A DNA stretch of 64,000 nt from Candidatus Calditenuis fumarioli (GTDB lineage Archaea; Thermoproteota; Nitrososphaeria_A; Caldarchaeales; Calditenuaceae): positions 1 through 64,000 of the forward strand of contig JANVYR010000002.1 of assembly GCA_030059665.1 (NCBI GenBank), in the 5' to 3' direction. The position numbers were made by a program, and so were the translations under genes. Each line of letters begins with the position of its first letter. Position 1 is the first letter of the stretch. This document shows, piece by piece, positions 19,963-29,412 of this stretch. The notes beneath the pieces are model-generated. The model was not told the DNA's origin, made no database searches, and worked only from the letters and a program-made list of their open reading frames with translations.

Positions 19963-20487
19963 TCACCCCAGGAGGTGAGCCGCCACCCTCTCGGCCACCA
20001 GATGGGACGTTCCGAAGCGGACGACCTCCAGCATCGTCGCGGACGACCTGAGCCTCTCGATGAGCGGGTGCCTCGCCCTGAAGTGGACGGTGAAGGCCGA
20101 TGCCCTCGCGGCCTCCAGAACCCTCTCGACCGACCTGACGAACCTCTCCGAGAGGAGCTCCATGGGCCCCACCTCGTCCACCAGCAGAACCCTTCCCTCC
20201 TCGAGGGAACGCTCCAGCTGCGGTATCCCGACGCGCTCGAGGTTCTCTGGGAAGACGGCGTAGGCTCCGACCCTGAAACGGCTGCTGCCTCCCCTCAGGG
20301 CCAGCCATGCGGTCTCGCCCGAGGGTATCGCAACCACCTCGAAGCCCCTCCTCACGCCTCCCTCCCTCACCTCCCGGGTGTAGAAGCCCCCAACCGCGAC
20401 GCCCCTCGACCCGAGGATCTCGGCGACCCTGACGAGCGCCGTCGTCTTCCCCGAACCCGGAGGTCCTGTTATGACCGCGAGCCTCAT
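19963..20487 (-). CDS. NTPase_1 (HCR-NTPase/THEP1-like) P-loop protein
   Basis: ITGPPGSGKTT, GGFYTREVREGG.R.GF, RVGAY.V, LVDEVGPMEL. Confidence 0.9.
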   Translation of the reverse strand: MRLAVITGPPGSGKTTALVRVAEILGSRGVAVGGFYTREVREGGVRRGFEVVAIPSGETAWLALRGGSSRFRVGAYAVFPENLERVGIPQLERSLEEGRVLLVDEVGPMELLSERFVRSVERVLEAARASAFTVHFRARHPLIERLRSSATMLEVVRFGTSHLVAERVAAHLLG

Positions 20488-21116
20488 CGCCGCTCGGCAC
20501 GGAAGTCGTCCAGCGTAAGGGCCCTCGCGAAGGCCTTCCAGGACCTCCTCACGTGCTCCGGGACTGCCCCGCTTCTCGCGACCTCCCTCAGGTACCTGAT
20601 CGTCCTCGGGTCGCTCGGGTAACCAGATCCCGCTCCCAGTGGCGCCACGAACCTGTCCCTGGTCACCTTCGCGATGACGGACGCTGCGGCTACCACCTCG
20701 TACCTCGCGTCGGCCCTGACCTCGCAGAGGACCGTCGTGCCGGTGAGCTCACCGAGCAGCTCCAGCACCCTCCTCGGGTTCCTGTAGGGCGAGTCGATGT
20801 AGACCTTGTCTGGCCTGACCTCGAGGATCAGCTCCCTGAACAGATCTACCTCGAGCGCGTTCAGCCCCCTCCCTCCCCTCGACCTGACGGAGGAGTCGAT
20901 CGTCCTCGGCTCGACGACGCGGTACGCGACTTTCGCGTTCACCCTGCCCAGCTCCTCGAAGAGCCTCTCCCTCCTCGACCTGGTGAGGGCCTTCGAGTCC
21001 CTCACGCCGATTTTCCTGAGCTCGGCGATCAGGCTCTCCTCGACCGCGAAGATCGCGATCACCATCGGCCCGATCGCTGCGCCCCTCCCGGCCTCGTCGA
21101 TGCCTGCTACGATCAT
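20484..21116 (-). CDS. rnhB: Ribonuclease HII
   Basis: GIDEAGRG, GVRDSK, VYIDS, AAASVIAKV.RD, GSGYPSDP. Confidence 0.95.
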   Translation of the reverse strand: MIVAGIDEAGRGAAIGPMVIAIFAVEESLIAELRKIGVRDSKALTRSRRERLFEELGRVNAKVAYRVVEPRTIDSSVRSRGGRGLNALEVDLFRELILEVRPDKVYIDSPYRNPRRVLELLGELTGTTVLCEVRADARYEVVAAASVIAKVTRDRFVAPLGAGSGYPSDPRTIRYLREVARSGAVPEHVRRSWKAFARALTLDDFRAERR

Positions 21117-21125
21117 GGGTCACCC

Positions 21126-21812
21126 TCAGGTGAACTTAGCGACGACCATGACGTGGTCCCGCTCGTAGGGCTCCAGGTCCACCCTCTCCTCCACCTTCAG
21201 GCCCTCCCTCTCCATCACCTCGATCTCCCTGCGGTAGACGCGCTCGGGGTCCTCGACGCTGTCGATGCTCCGGGCCTTGATCGCGACCATCACGTATCCC
21301 CCGCTGCGGAGGAAGAGCCTGGCGTTGTCGACGACGATCCTCGCCTGGTCGGGCTGGGCCACGTCAGAGTACAGGACGTCGACCCTTCCGATCAGGTGTG
21401 CGTACCTCTCGGGCAGCCTCGCGTCACCCAGTATGGGGACCACGTTGCTCCTCCTCTTGGCGACCCGCTCCATGAACTGGGCCAGGACCCTCGGAGAGTA
21501 CTCCACCGCGTAGACTATGCCTTCCCTTCCGACGATGTCGGAGACGTGGCTGACGGTGGTTCCCGATGCGGCCCCGAGGTAGAGGACCCTCGTCCCGCTC
21601 CTAACGGGCATCGTCTCCAGGCCCCTGAGGATGGCCGCGGAGAGCTTGCTCCTGAAGGGAACCCACTCGCGGTACTCGGCGTTGCCCACCTGGAAGAGCT
21701 GCTCGCCGTAGACGGAGTAGCCCCTGTCGAGGTTCAGGGTGCAGAGGACCCTCCGCAGCTCGTCGACGACGTAGTAGACTCCCTCGAACCGCTCGTGACC
21801 CTCGACCCTCAT
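21126..21812 (-). CDS. flpA: Fibrillarin rRNA/tRNA 2'-O-methyltransferase
   Basis: YREWVPFRSKL, VLYLGAASGTTVSHVSD, YSDVAQPDQ. True start is MRVEG at 21812, overlapping the nop5 stop. Confidence 0.95.
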   Translation of the reverse strand: MRVEGHERFEGVYYVVDELRRVLCTLNLDRGYSVYGEQLFQVGNAEYREWVPFRSKLSAAILRGLETMPVRSGTRVLYLGAASGTTVSHVSDIVGREGIVYAVEYSPRVLAQFMERVAKRRSNVVPILGDARLPERYAHLIGRVDVLYSDVAQPDQARIVVDNARLFLRSGGYVMVAIKARSIDSVEDPERVYRREIEVMEREGLKVEERVDLEPYERDHVMVVAKFT

Positions 21813-23017
21813 CTCCTCCCCCTCCTCTCCTTCTTCGCAGGGCGCTGGGGCTGCCTCGCCGGCTGCCGGACCACCTCCTTCCTCGCGGGTGGCTTCGGGT
21901 ACTTCTCCCTGATCTCCTTGACCCTCCGCTCCAGCTCCTCCCTCAGGACCGCGGACCTGTCCTCCCCGGAGAAGTAGTCGATCTTCGCGGCTATCGCGAT
22001 CTTCGTCGCCAGGGCCCTCGCTATCTTGCCCCGCTGCCACTTGGGAGAGCCGTGGACGTACGGGTGCTGGAAGATGACGCCGTGCTTCGGAGCTCCCCTA
22101 CCGGTCCGGAGGAACCTGAAGAGGGCCTTCTCGGCTCCCAGCACTTGGATCAGGCTGGCCGGTGCCCTCGCCAGGCGTTCGAGCCCTCCGATCAGCGTTA
22201 TCAGCCTGGCTCCCACCGTCGGCCCCGCGATCGCGGTGACGTTCGGGGCCTCGACGGCCATCAGCTGCCTGACGTACCTCTGGATCCCGTCCCGGTAGTC
22301 CATCAGGAACCTTATCACGCCTGCCAGCTCGAGGATCCTCTCCATGTCCTCCTCAGCCACCTCCACACCGAGGCTCCTCCCCGCTGCCTCCACCACCCTG
22401 TCCACCAGCTTCCTGTCCAGGACCTTCAGAAGCTCCTCGCGCCTGAGCCTGCTCCTGTCGCCGATTGCCTGCACGGCCCTCACGTAGTCCTCCGGGTCCT
22501 CCACCAGCTCCTTCAGCTCCGGGAAGTGGATGCCGTACCAGTCGACGAGCCTCGAGTAGAGCGCGTTGATCGTCTTCTGGACCTCGTCGAGCACGCGGAC
22601 CGCCTGGACGATCATCTGGTCCCTCCTCTTCACCGCCTCCCGGATCAGGACCTCCGTCGCTGCCATCGCCACCTCCCTCGCTGCCCTCTCGTACTCCAAC
22701 TCCGATCCGACCGCACCTGCCTCCATCGCTATCCTCACCCTGTCGACCCTGTTCCTGTAGGGATCCAGGAGCTCCGATCCGTACCCGAGCGCGGCCAGCG
22801 CCTGATGCAGCAGCGGGTCTGGCGTTGAGAAGGAATCAACTCCGGCCCTCTCGACCTCCTCGACCACCTCCCTGACCCAGCCGAGTTCCCTGCCGGTCAC
22901 CAGCCCAGCCAGCCTCCTCGCCGCGTCGTCGCCCAGCGGCACGTGTCCCTTCGCCCCGTCCTCCCTGACGTACAGGACCCACTTCGGCGCCAGCAGCAGC
23001 GTCGCCCTCATCCTCAT
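21809..23017 (-). CDS. nop5: Nop5 (Nop56/58) box C/D sRNP core protein
   Basis: YGIHFPEL, EAPNVTAIAGPTVGARLI, IQVLGAEKALF, PKHGVIFQHP, RGKIARALA, Lys/Arg-rich tail. Confidence 0.95.
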   Translation of the reverse strand: MRMRATLLLAPKWVLYVREDGAKGHVPLGDDAARRLAGLVTGRELGWVREVVEEVERAGVDSFSTPDPLLHQALAALGYGSELLDPYRNRVDRVRIAMEAGAVGSELEYERAAREVAMAATEVLIREAVKRRDQMIVQAVRVLDEVQKTINALYSRLVDWYGIHFPELKELVEDPEDYVRAVQAIGDRSRLRREELLKVLDRKLVDRVVEAAGRSLGVEVAEEDMERILELAGVIRFLMDYRDGIQRYVRQLMAVEAPNVTAIAGPTVGARLITLIGGLERLARAPASLIQVLGAEKALFRFLRTGRGAPKHGVIFQHPYVHGSPKWQRGKIARALATKIAIAAKIDYFSGEDRSAVLREELERRVKEIREKYPKPPARKEVVRQPARQPQRPAKKERRGRR

Positions 23018-23024
23018 CGGAGTG

Positions 23025-23053
23025 GGAGCTCGGATTCAAAACCTCTCCGCTCC
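23025..23053 (-). promoter_or_regulatory. Kink-turn in the nop5 5' leader (putative L7Ae site)
   Basis: RNA reads GGAGC-GGA-GA-GG-UUUUGAAU-CC-GA-GCUCC: 5-bp C-stem, 3-nt bulge, tandem G.A/A.G pairs, two G-C pairs. It ends 7 nt before the AUG at 23017. Confidence 0.75.
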
Positions 23054-23124
23054 GGGGCATCGGGTGCGACCTCAGAAACCCTCGTCGCCGCGGTTTATCA
23101 CGGGAGGCGACCTCTCACCGCCGG

Positions 23125-24153
23125 ATGGTCAGGAGCCCCTGCGTCTCGGTCGGGAGGGAGCGGGCGGAGCGCGTGAGGCGCGAGCTGCTCAGGGCAGGCC
23201 TCCTCCGGACCGACCTCAGGCCGAGGAGGGAGGGCGAGCGCGTCCTCTTCCCGGTGACCGATCCGGGAGCGCTGGGGGGCCTGCTCGGAGATCTCGGCGC
23301 GGAGCTGACCTGGTCCGAGTTCGAGGAGGTCCCGAGGAGGCCGAGGAGCCTCAGGGAGGCGGTCGAGGGGATACCCGAGGAACTGCTGAACGAGGTCCCC
23401 AGCTCCTTCGACGTGGTGGGGGACATAGCCGTGATCCACATACCGCCTGCGCTGGAGCCTTACGCCGCGGAGCTCGGCAGAGCGGTGCTCAAAATGTCGC
23501 CATCGATCAGGGTCGTCCTGGGTGAGGCGGGCCCGGTCTCCGGGGAGTTCAGGACGAGGGAGTACGTCCATCTGGCCGGCGAGCGAAGGACGCACACCGT
23601 TCACCGGGAGAACGGATGCGTCTTCGAGGTCGACCTGGCAAGGGCCTACTTCTCACCGAGGCTCTCCGGCGAGCGGTCGCGGGTGGTCTCGATGGTCAGG
23701 GAGGGCGAGCGGGTGCTGGACATGTTCTCCGGCGTGGGGCCCTTCGCGATCCAGATAGCGCGTCACAGAGGAGTCCCCGTCACCGCTGTGGAGCTCAACC
23801 CGGACGCCTACCGCTTCCTGGTCAGGAACGTCGCTCTCAACAGGGTGGAGCGTCTGGTCGAGGCCGTCAACGAGGACGCCAGGAGGGTCGCTGCCTCGAG
23901 GCCGAGCGCCTACGACAGGGTGATCATGAACCACCCATCCGCTTCGCTCGAGTTCCTCCGAGAGGCCATGATCGCGGCGAGGGAGGGCGCGACGCTCCAC
24001 GTCTACGGCTTCGCCTCCAGCGTCGCGGACTGGGAGTGGAAGGTCAGGTCGAGGCTTGAGGAGCTCGGCAGGGTCCCCAGCGGCCTGACGGTCAGGAAGG
24101 TGAGGGAGGTCTCGGCATCGAGGATCATCGCGGTGGCCGACGTGACGCTGTAA
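23125..24153 (+). CDS. trm5: Trm5/Taw2-family class I SAM-dependent tRNA methyltransferase
   Basis: SFDVVGDIAVI, GEFRTRE, HRENGCVF.VDL..AYFSPRL, LDMFSGVGPF, DRVIMN. Confidence 0.85.
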   Translation: MVRSPCVSVGRERAERVRRELLRAGLLRTDLRPRREGERVLFPVTDPGALGGLLGDLGAELTWSEFEEVPRRPRSLREAVEGIPEELLNEVPSSFDVVGDIAVIHIPPALEPYAAELGRAVLKMSPSIRVVLGEAGPVSGEFRTREYVHLAGERRTHTVHRENGCVFEVDLARAYFSPRLSGERSRVVSMVREGERVLDMFSGVGPFAIQIARHRGVPVTAVELNPDAYRFLVRNVALNRVERLVEAVNEDARRVAASRPSAYDRVIMNHPSASLEFLREAMIAAREGATLHVYGFASSVADWEWKVRSRLEELGRVPSGLTVRKVREVSASRIIAVADVTL

Positions 24154-24171
24154 TGCTGGTCGATGGACCAC

Positions 24172-24555
24172 TCATCGGTCAGCCAACACCGACGCGTACA
24201 GCAGCGCCGTCCACTCCCTCAATTTGCCTGTGAGCGGGTCGACCTGGAGCCCGAGGATCTCGAGCGTCGTCAAACCGATCAGGGCCCTGTCGGTCACGTC
24301 CGAGATCAGCGCTGGCACAACGTCCTCCCTCCCTTCGAGCTCGATCCGGATCCTGGTCCTGTCGAGCGCGATCCTCCCGGCCGAGGCCTCGACCTCCGTC
24401 CTCCCGGTGACCCTCAGCCCGAGCTGTTCTGCCAGCCGCCTCGGAACGACCGTCAGGGTCGCTCCCGTCTCGACCAGTGCCTCCACCTCTGTAGTACTGC
24501 TCCCTCGCTCGTCGCCTATCCTGGCCCTCACCCAGACGTGTCCCATACCCGTCAC
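24172..24555 (-). CDS. Clan AA (retropepsin-like) aspartyl protease homolog with DTG changed to ETG
   Basis: GHVWVRARI, ALVETGATLTVVP (GAG codon), ALIGLTTLEILGLQVDP..GKL. Confidence 0.75.
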   Translation of the reverse strand: MTGMGHVWVRARIGDERGSSTTEVEALVETGATLTVVPRRLAEQLGLRVTGRTEVEASAGRIALDRTRIRIELEGREDVVPALISDVTDRALIGLTTLEILGLQVDPLTGKLREWTALLYASVLADR

Positions 24556-24630
24556 CGCCTCAACGCGTCAGGGGACCGCTATATGCGTGGTGTGCTAAAC
24601 GTTCCTGTTGCTGAGCTGGAACCGAGTCCT

Positions 24631-25755
24631 TCAGCGCTTCTGGAGCTCAGCAAGGCGCTCCGGCAGGAAGTCCTTCACGATGAACTCCAGCCCGTACTTG
24701 GAGAAGGCCTCGAGCTCCGCCTTCCTCTTCAGCTTCTCGAAGTACTTCACCTCCCTCTTCCAGGGGTCCGTCTGGTACCTCGGGTCCACCAGCAGCTCCG
24801 AGAGCCTCTTCTCGTCCATCTCGGTGAACCTCATGGTCGGTAGCTTGTACCGCGTGATGTCCGTGGCGTAGACCCCAGCCCACACCGCATCCGGGACGTT
24901 GATCTGCTTGATGTGGGCCGAGAGGGCTGAGCCGTGGATCAAAACGGAGGCTATGTGTACCCCGTAGGGATCCGCGTCGGTGAAGACGTACACGGGCAGG
25001 TTCAGCTCCTCCCTCAGGCGCCTGATCAGCTTCCTGCAGTTCCTCGGCGACTGGCCTGCGGTGTGGATGAGCAGCGCCTTGAACTTCCTGTCCGCGCCCT
25101 CCTCGACGAACCTGCTGAAGACCGCGCCCTTCTCGATCACGAAGACCTGCTCAGCACCGCACCTAACGAACTCGGCCGTGGTCAGGGCCGGCCCTATCGC
25201 GTATCCGTCCGGGTGGGACGAGAGGTCTATCCTCCTTCCCCTGAAGCCTGGTACGGTGTACTCTATCACCAGGTCTCCGTAGATGGACGCCCTCTCCTCC
25301 GGGAAGATGTTGAAGTCCTCTCTCGGGTGCCCCAGTACGCTCTCCAGCTCCATGATGATGTCGTCGCTCTCCGACTGGTCCTCGAAGTCTATCTGCTCAC
25401 CCAGCGCCACGTAGTACGTGTCCCTGAGCGTGGAGGTCTTGCCCGTCTCCAGCAGCTGCTTGGCGAACTTGGCCAGCCATACCAGCTGCGCGAAAGGCCT
25501 CACGTGCCTGATGTTGCTGAGCGTCCTGACCGATTTCTTCGGCCCCAGCACGTACTGCCTGAGCTGCTCGTCGTAGACGATGTTCTTCGTCGTCCTGAGC
25601 GGGAGCTCTATCGAGGGCCACCTCTTCCTCCTGAGGTCCTCCACAACCCTCCTCCCGAGCTCCTGGAGCTTCTCCATCACCTCCTTCTTCACCAGGTCGG
25701 CCTGGTAGACCAGCTCGCCCGACTTCCTCCTCGTGCCCTTAGCAGACATTCCCAT
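24631..25755 (-). CDS. top6A: DNA topoisomerase VI subunit A
   Basis: TLRDTYY catalytic Tyr, QSESDDII, VIEKGAVF, TOPRIM FTDADPYG, KAELEAF. True start ~25755/25749, not 26337. Confidence 0.95.
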   Translation of the reverse strand: MGMSAKGTRRKSGELVYQADLVKKEVMEKLQELGRRVVEDLRRKRWPSIELPLRTTKNIVYDEQLRQYVLGPKKSVRTLSNIRHVRPFAQLVWLAKFAKQLLETGKTSTLRDTYYVALGEQIDFEDQSESDDIIMELESVLGHPREDFNIFPEERASIYGDLVIEYTVPGFRGRRIDLSSHPDGYAIGPALTTAEFVRCGAEQVFVIEKGAVFSRFVEEGADRKFKALLIHTAGQSPRNCRKLIRRLREELNLPVYVFTDADPYGVHIASVLIHGSALSAHIKQINVPDAVWAGVYATDITRYKLPTMRFTEMDEKRLSELLVDPRYQTDPWKREVKYFEKLKRKAELEAFSKYGLEFIVKDFLPERLAELQKR

Positions 25756-25881
25756 TCCCTTCCGCGCCTCCCTCAATTTGAATCTCGGAGGTTCCTCGGA
25801 GCTCCTCACCCAGCCAAACTTTTCACGGAGAGGACTTGGATTTTTTTTTTGACAAGTTAATACTACGGTTGGTCCGGATCG

Positions 25882-26820
25882 GTGAGGGACATGACCGAGG
25901 AAGGCGTCGACGAGCGCGAACTCCTCTGGCTCCTCCGGAGCAGGGTCAGGAGGATGATCATCGAGGCGATCGGCGACTCCGGCAGGATCGGCGCAGTGGC
26001 CCTCCGGGACAAGCTGGGCATCAGCACCGGCTCCCTCTACTACAACCTCAGGCAGCTGAAGCACCTGGTGACGCAGGACGACCGGAGGAACTACGTCCTC
26101 ACCGAGCTCGGCGAGAGGGTCTACAGGCTCCTCAAGACGAGGGGCGACATCTCGATCTCCGACCTCACGGGCAAGAGGAGCGGGGTTGTCGAGGCCCTCT
26201 CCCAGCTCTTCGTTCCGTACTGGCTCGTCGCACCGCTCGCGGAGAGGGTGAGGATGGGTGCGGTGGTGGCCGCGCTCTCGATCCTGATGCTCACAGCCCT
26301 GCTGCTCAACCAGAAGATGGACCTGATAGTGCTGCACGTCTACCGGTTCGAGGCGTTCTCCATTCCCGAGTTCGCGAAGTACCTCGCCCTGACCTTCATC
26401 ATTGTTTACCTCTACTTCGGTCTGATGACGGCGCTCTACGACCTGCTGACGAGGGCAGAGGAGTCAGGGATAACCGGTCCCCTCGGCTTCCTCAGGGCTC
26501 TGATCACCTTCTCCGGTCAGTGGAGGCAGGCCCTCGTCCTCACCTCGGTCGGTCTGCTACCGATGTCGATCTACCCCGCCGCGGCCTTCGTCGACAAGGT
26601 CCTCGGGGCGGGCCACTTCGAGTCGAGGTTCATCGTGCCGAACAGCGTGGTCGCGAATGTGGTCCTGGTGGTCGCGCAGATGGCGTGCTTCCTGCTCTTC
26701 TCGGCCTCCCTATCCTACGTGAGGAGGCTGAGGTGGCACGTGGCCGCCCTGATATCCTTCTCAGCCATCTACCTCTCGATAGTCGTTCAGTACCTGATCC
26801 TCGCGACGAGGTCGGGTTGA
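25882..26820 (+). CDS. N-terminal winged-HTH fused to a multi-pass membrane domain (membrane-anchored regulator)
   Basis: LRSRVRRMIIEAIG...LRDKLGISTGSLYYNLRQL...YVLTELGE wHTH, followed by five or six TM helices. Confidence 0.75.
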   Translation: MRDMTEEGVDERELLWLLRSRVRRMIIEAIGDSGRIGAVALRDKLGISTGSLYYNLRQLKHLVTQDDRRNYVLTELGERVYRLLKTRGDISISDLTGKRSGVVEALSQLFVPYWLVAPLAERVRMGAVVAALSILMLTALLLNQKMDLIVLHVYRFEAFSIPEFAKYLALTFIIVYLYFGLMTALYDLLTRAEESGITGPLGFLRALITFSGQWRQALVLTSVGLLPMSIYPAAAFVDKVLGAGHFESRFIVPNSVVANVVLVVAQMACFLLFSASLSYVRRLRWHVAALISFSAIYLSIVVQYLILATRSG

Positions 26821-26848
26821 ACCGGGGCCGGAGTTCGTCCTCCGTCCC

Positions 26849-27727
26849 TCATCCCTTCGCGCCCGTTCCGTCGGGTCTGGGCTCTATCGGCTCGAAGACG
26901 ACCTTCTTGCCCACCCTGACCTTGCGGACGAGACCGAGCTGGGTCAGCTGGTTGAGGTAGACGCTCTCGAGGGACCTGGCACGCCCCGTCTTCGCAGCGA
27001 CCTCCTCGGCCGCCGCCCTGCCCAGCTCCTGCAGCGCGTTGAGCGTCCTCCTGAGGGCCTCCGACAGCCTGGTCGCCCTCGGCATCAACAGAACGGGCTT
27101 CGCCTCCTCCCTCTCCCCGCGGATCCTGGACATCATCAGCTCCTTGTTGATCTCGACCAGCTCCTGCACCGCCCGCTCGATCCTGCTCACCAGACTCTCC
27201 ATGCTCTTCCTCAGCTCCTCGCCTATCGACTCGTTCAGGGTCAGCTTGCCGGTGAATTCGAGGGTCCTGGGCCGAGGCGGCCCCTCGACGTCCTTCTTGG
27301 CGAGGATGTACGCGTAGAGCGGCTTGAACCTCGTGTTGTCCTGCCGGAAGACGTTTCCGCACCTAACGCATCCCAGCAGCAGATCGGAGGCGTTGAAGGT
27401 CGACCCGCAAACCTTGCAGAGCATGCCAGTCTCTGTGCTGGCGATCATGGAGGACTTGCACTTCGGGCACACCTCCTTCACCTCCACGTCGAGGAACCCG
27501 CACCTAGGACAGGCCCTCACCACGTCGAGGAGCATTCGCTTCAGGATGCCGGCCTGGTGAAGCCGCTCGAGGATCTCCTCGGTCTGTCTGCCCTTCGTGC
27601 CGAAGGCCGCATCGGCATCAGGGTAGGATATCCCCGTCTCTGTCTGCGGGTCGAAAACCGGCTTGATGAACGTGATGCCAGCGGTGACGAGGTCCACAAG
27701 CCCCGATAGAGCCGCCTCGGCCTCCAA
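26849..27727 (-). CDS. TackOD1-like multi-zinc-ribbon protein with coiled coil and C-terminal winged-HTH
   Basis: IKPVFD...GISYP...LERLHQAGIL, then CPRC/CPKC/CKVC/CVRC; C-terminal AAEEVAAKTGRARSLESVYLNQLTQLGLV. Confidence 0.7.
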   Translation of the reverse strand: MEAEAALSGLVDLVTAGITFIKPVFDPQTETGISYPDADAAFGTKGRQTEEILERLHQAGILKRMLLDVVRACPRCGFLDVEVKEVCPKCKSSMIASTETGMLCKVCGSTFNASDLLLGCVRCGNVFRQDNTRFKPLYAYILAKKDVEGPPRPRTLEFTGKLTLNESIGEELRKSMESLVSRIERAVQELVEINKELMMSRIRGEREEAKPVLLMPRATRLSEALRRTLNALQELGRAAAEEVAAKTGRARSLESVYLNQLTQLGLVRKVRVGKKVVFEPIEPRPDGTGAKG

Positions 27728-27837
27728 TTCCCGGGCCTCCGCTTCCTGTCCAAAATAAAACAGTGGCTAAGCGATGTTCGTCTCTTTTTTCCGAATCGGT
27801 ATAGAAATTAGCCGTTCCGATGTCAGTTCGGAAAACT

Positions 27838-29028
27838 TCAGGGACCCCTTGCCAAAGCCTCCATCGACCTCAGACGTCGGACCGCGTACGCCATGACGAT
27901 CAGGTACGCGAAGGTGCTGGCTATCGCTGCGGCGTACCCAAAGGCGTCCCATATCAGCCCCGAGAGGTAGGTGAGCACCGCGATCGCGAGGTTGTGCGAG
28001 AACTGCTGGAGTCCCCAGATCCTGCCCCTGACCGCTGCGGGGACCGAGGCCGAGGTCCGAGCGTCCACGAAGGGCTGGAGGAACACGGCCAGCCCTGAGC
28101 CCGCGATCAGCGCCGCAAAGATCCCCGCCTGAGTCGGTTGCGCCAACAGCAGCACCCCCGCTCCGGCCCTCAGCAGCAGCTCAACCACCACGAAGAGCGG
28201 CCAGTTCCTCCCCTCTATCAGCCTCCCGCCGAGGGGCACTAGGAGCGCGAACAGCGCCGACTCGACCGCGAACATGAAGGTCAGGTCCGACTCGCTGAGC
28301 CCGGCCACCTCGTCCGCGAGGAGAGGGAGGTAGATCGCGGTGAGGATCGTGACGTGTGCGAGGCTCAGGCTTCTGAGGAGCACCAGGGTCGGCACTGGCT
28401 CCGTCCTCGCAGCATCCATCCACCCCCTCAGCTCCTCCGATATGCCGGACCTCCTCCGCTCGCCGCGCGCCTCCCTCAGCCCGAGCCTCATGGCAGCGGT
28501 CAGCAGCAGGATGACCGATGTGCTCAGGAAGAGGGCCCTGTAACCGTGGTGTTCGGCGAGGTAGCCAGCGGCCAGGTAGCCCAGGACCGTAGCGGCGTTG
28601 AAGACCGCGAAGTATAGGCCGTAGAACCTTCCGTACTTCTCGGCGCTCGTCAGCTCGGCCATGTACGCGAAGACCGCGGGCCCCGCGATCGCCGTCGGCA
28701 GGAACGCCAGCGCCAGCGGCACCACCGTCTCGTACCAGGAGGTGGTGTAGGACATCAGCAGGTAGGCGAGGCTCATGACCAGCGGCGACAGGACCAGCAC
28801 CGCCCTCCTCCCGAGGAAGTCCGTCAGCAGCCCACCCACCGGTAGGAGTGCCAGCACAGAGACCCTCGAGGCGGCGAGGACCGCGCCGAGCTGCTCCGGC
28901 GTCGCGCCGACGGACCTCAGGTAGTAGGGCAGGAGGGGTTGGAGGCCGGTGGTGAGGCTGTTGCCGAGTCCGATGCTGAGGAGGTAGAGCGTCGCCTCGA
29001 GCCAGCGGCCGCCGGTCATCCGCCGCAA
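27838..29028 (-). CDS. MFS transporter
   Basis: GGLLTDFLGRR motif A; ~12 TM helices. Confidence 0.85.
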   Translation of the reverse strand: MRRMTGGRWLEATLYLLSIGLGNSLTTGLQPLLPYYLRSVGATPEQLGAVLAASRVSVLALLPVGGLLTDFLGRRAVLVLSPLVMSLAYLLMSYTTSWYETVVPLALAFLPTAIAGPAVFAYMAELTSAEKYGRFYGLYFAVFNAATVLGYLAAGYLAEHHGYRALFLSTSVILLLTAAMRLGLREARGERRRSGISEELRGWMDAARTEPVPTLVLLRSLSLAHVTILTAIYLPLLADEVAGLSESDLTFMFAVESALFALLVPLGGRLIEGRNWPLFVVVELLLRAGAGVLLLAQPTQAGIFAALIAGSGLAVFLQPFVDARTSASVPAAVRGRIWGLQQFSHNLAIAVLTYLSGLIWDAFGYAAAIASTFAYLIVMAYAVRRLRSMEALARGP

Positions 29029-29070
29029 CGTCCCAGCCCTGACTGAATCCGTGTCCGAAATCTCGGTATT

Positions 29071-29217
29071 TTTCGGTGATTTGAGGCACTGGTTAGACGT
29101 CCGTTCAAAGCGTGCGAGCCCGTGCCCTCGACGTGAAGTCGGAGTCTGTTATGGCCAATTCTCTCGTGTTGACTTGTCGGACCGGACTGAACAGCGCTCC
29201 CAATATAAACGGTTTAA
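29071..29217. repeat. Dispersed ~150-bp repeat, copy A (partner at 51538-51686)
   Basis: Shared blocks TTTCGGTGATTTGAG, GACGTC.GTTCAAAGCGTGCGAGCCC, GTTATGGCCAATT, GTCGGACCG and TCCC.ATATAA..GTTTAA occur in the same order and spacing. Confidence 0.85.
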
Positions 29218-29412
29218 ATAATGATCTCCACTGGGTTTCCGTATTGCCAGTCATTTGGGATCCATGTTGGCAGAATGGAAAACATAGTTAAATAGAAGCT
29301 TTCGCAAAGGAGGGTCGGATCGGAAATGGACGGTCCCCGAGCTGGTCCTGATCCTGCTTAAGACGTTGGGGTTTTGTTAGTTGTGTGGAACTGTCCCAAA
29401 TTTATTCCAAAT

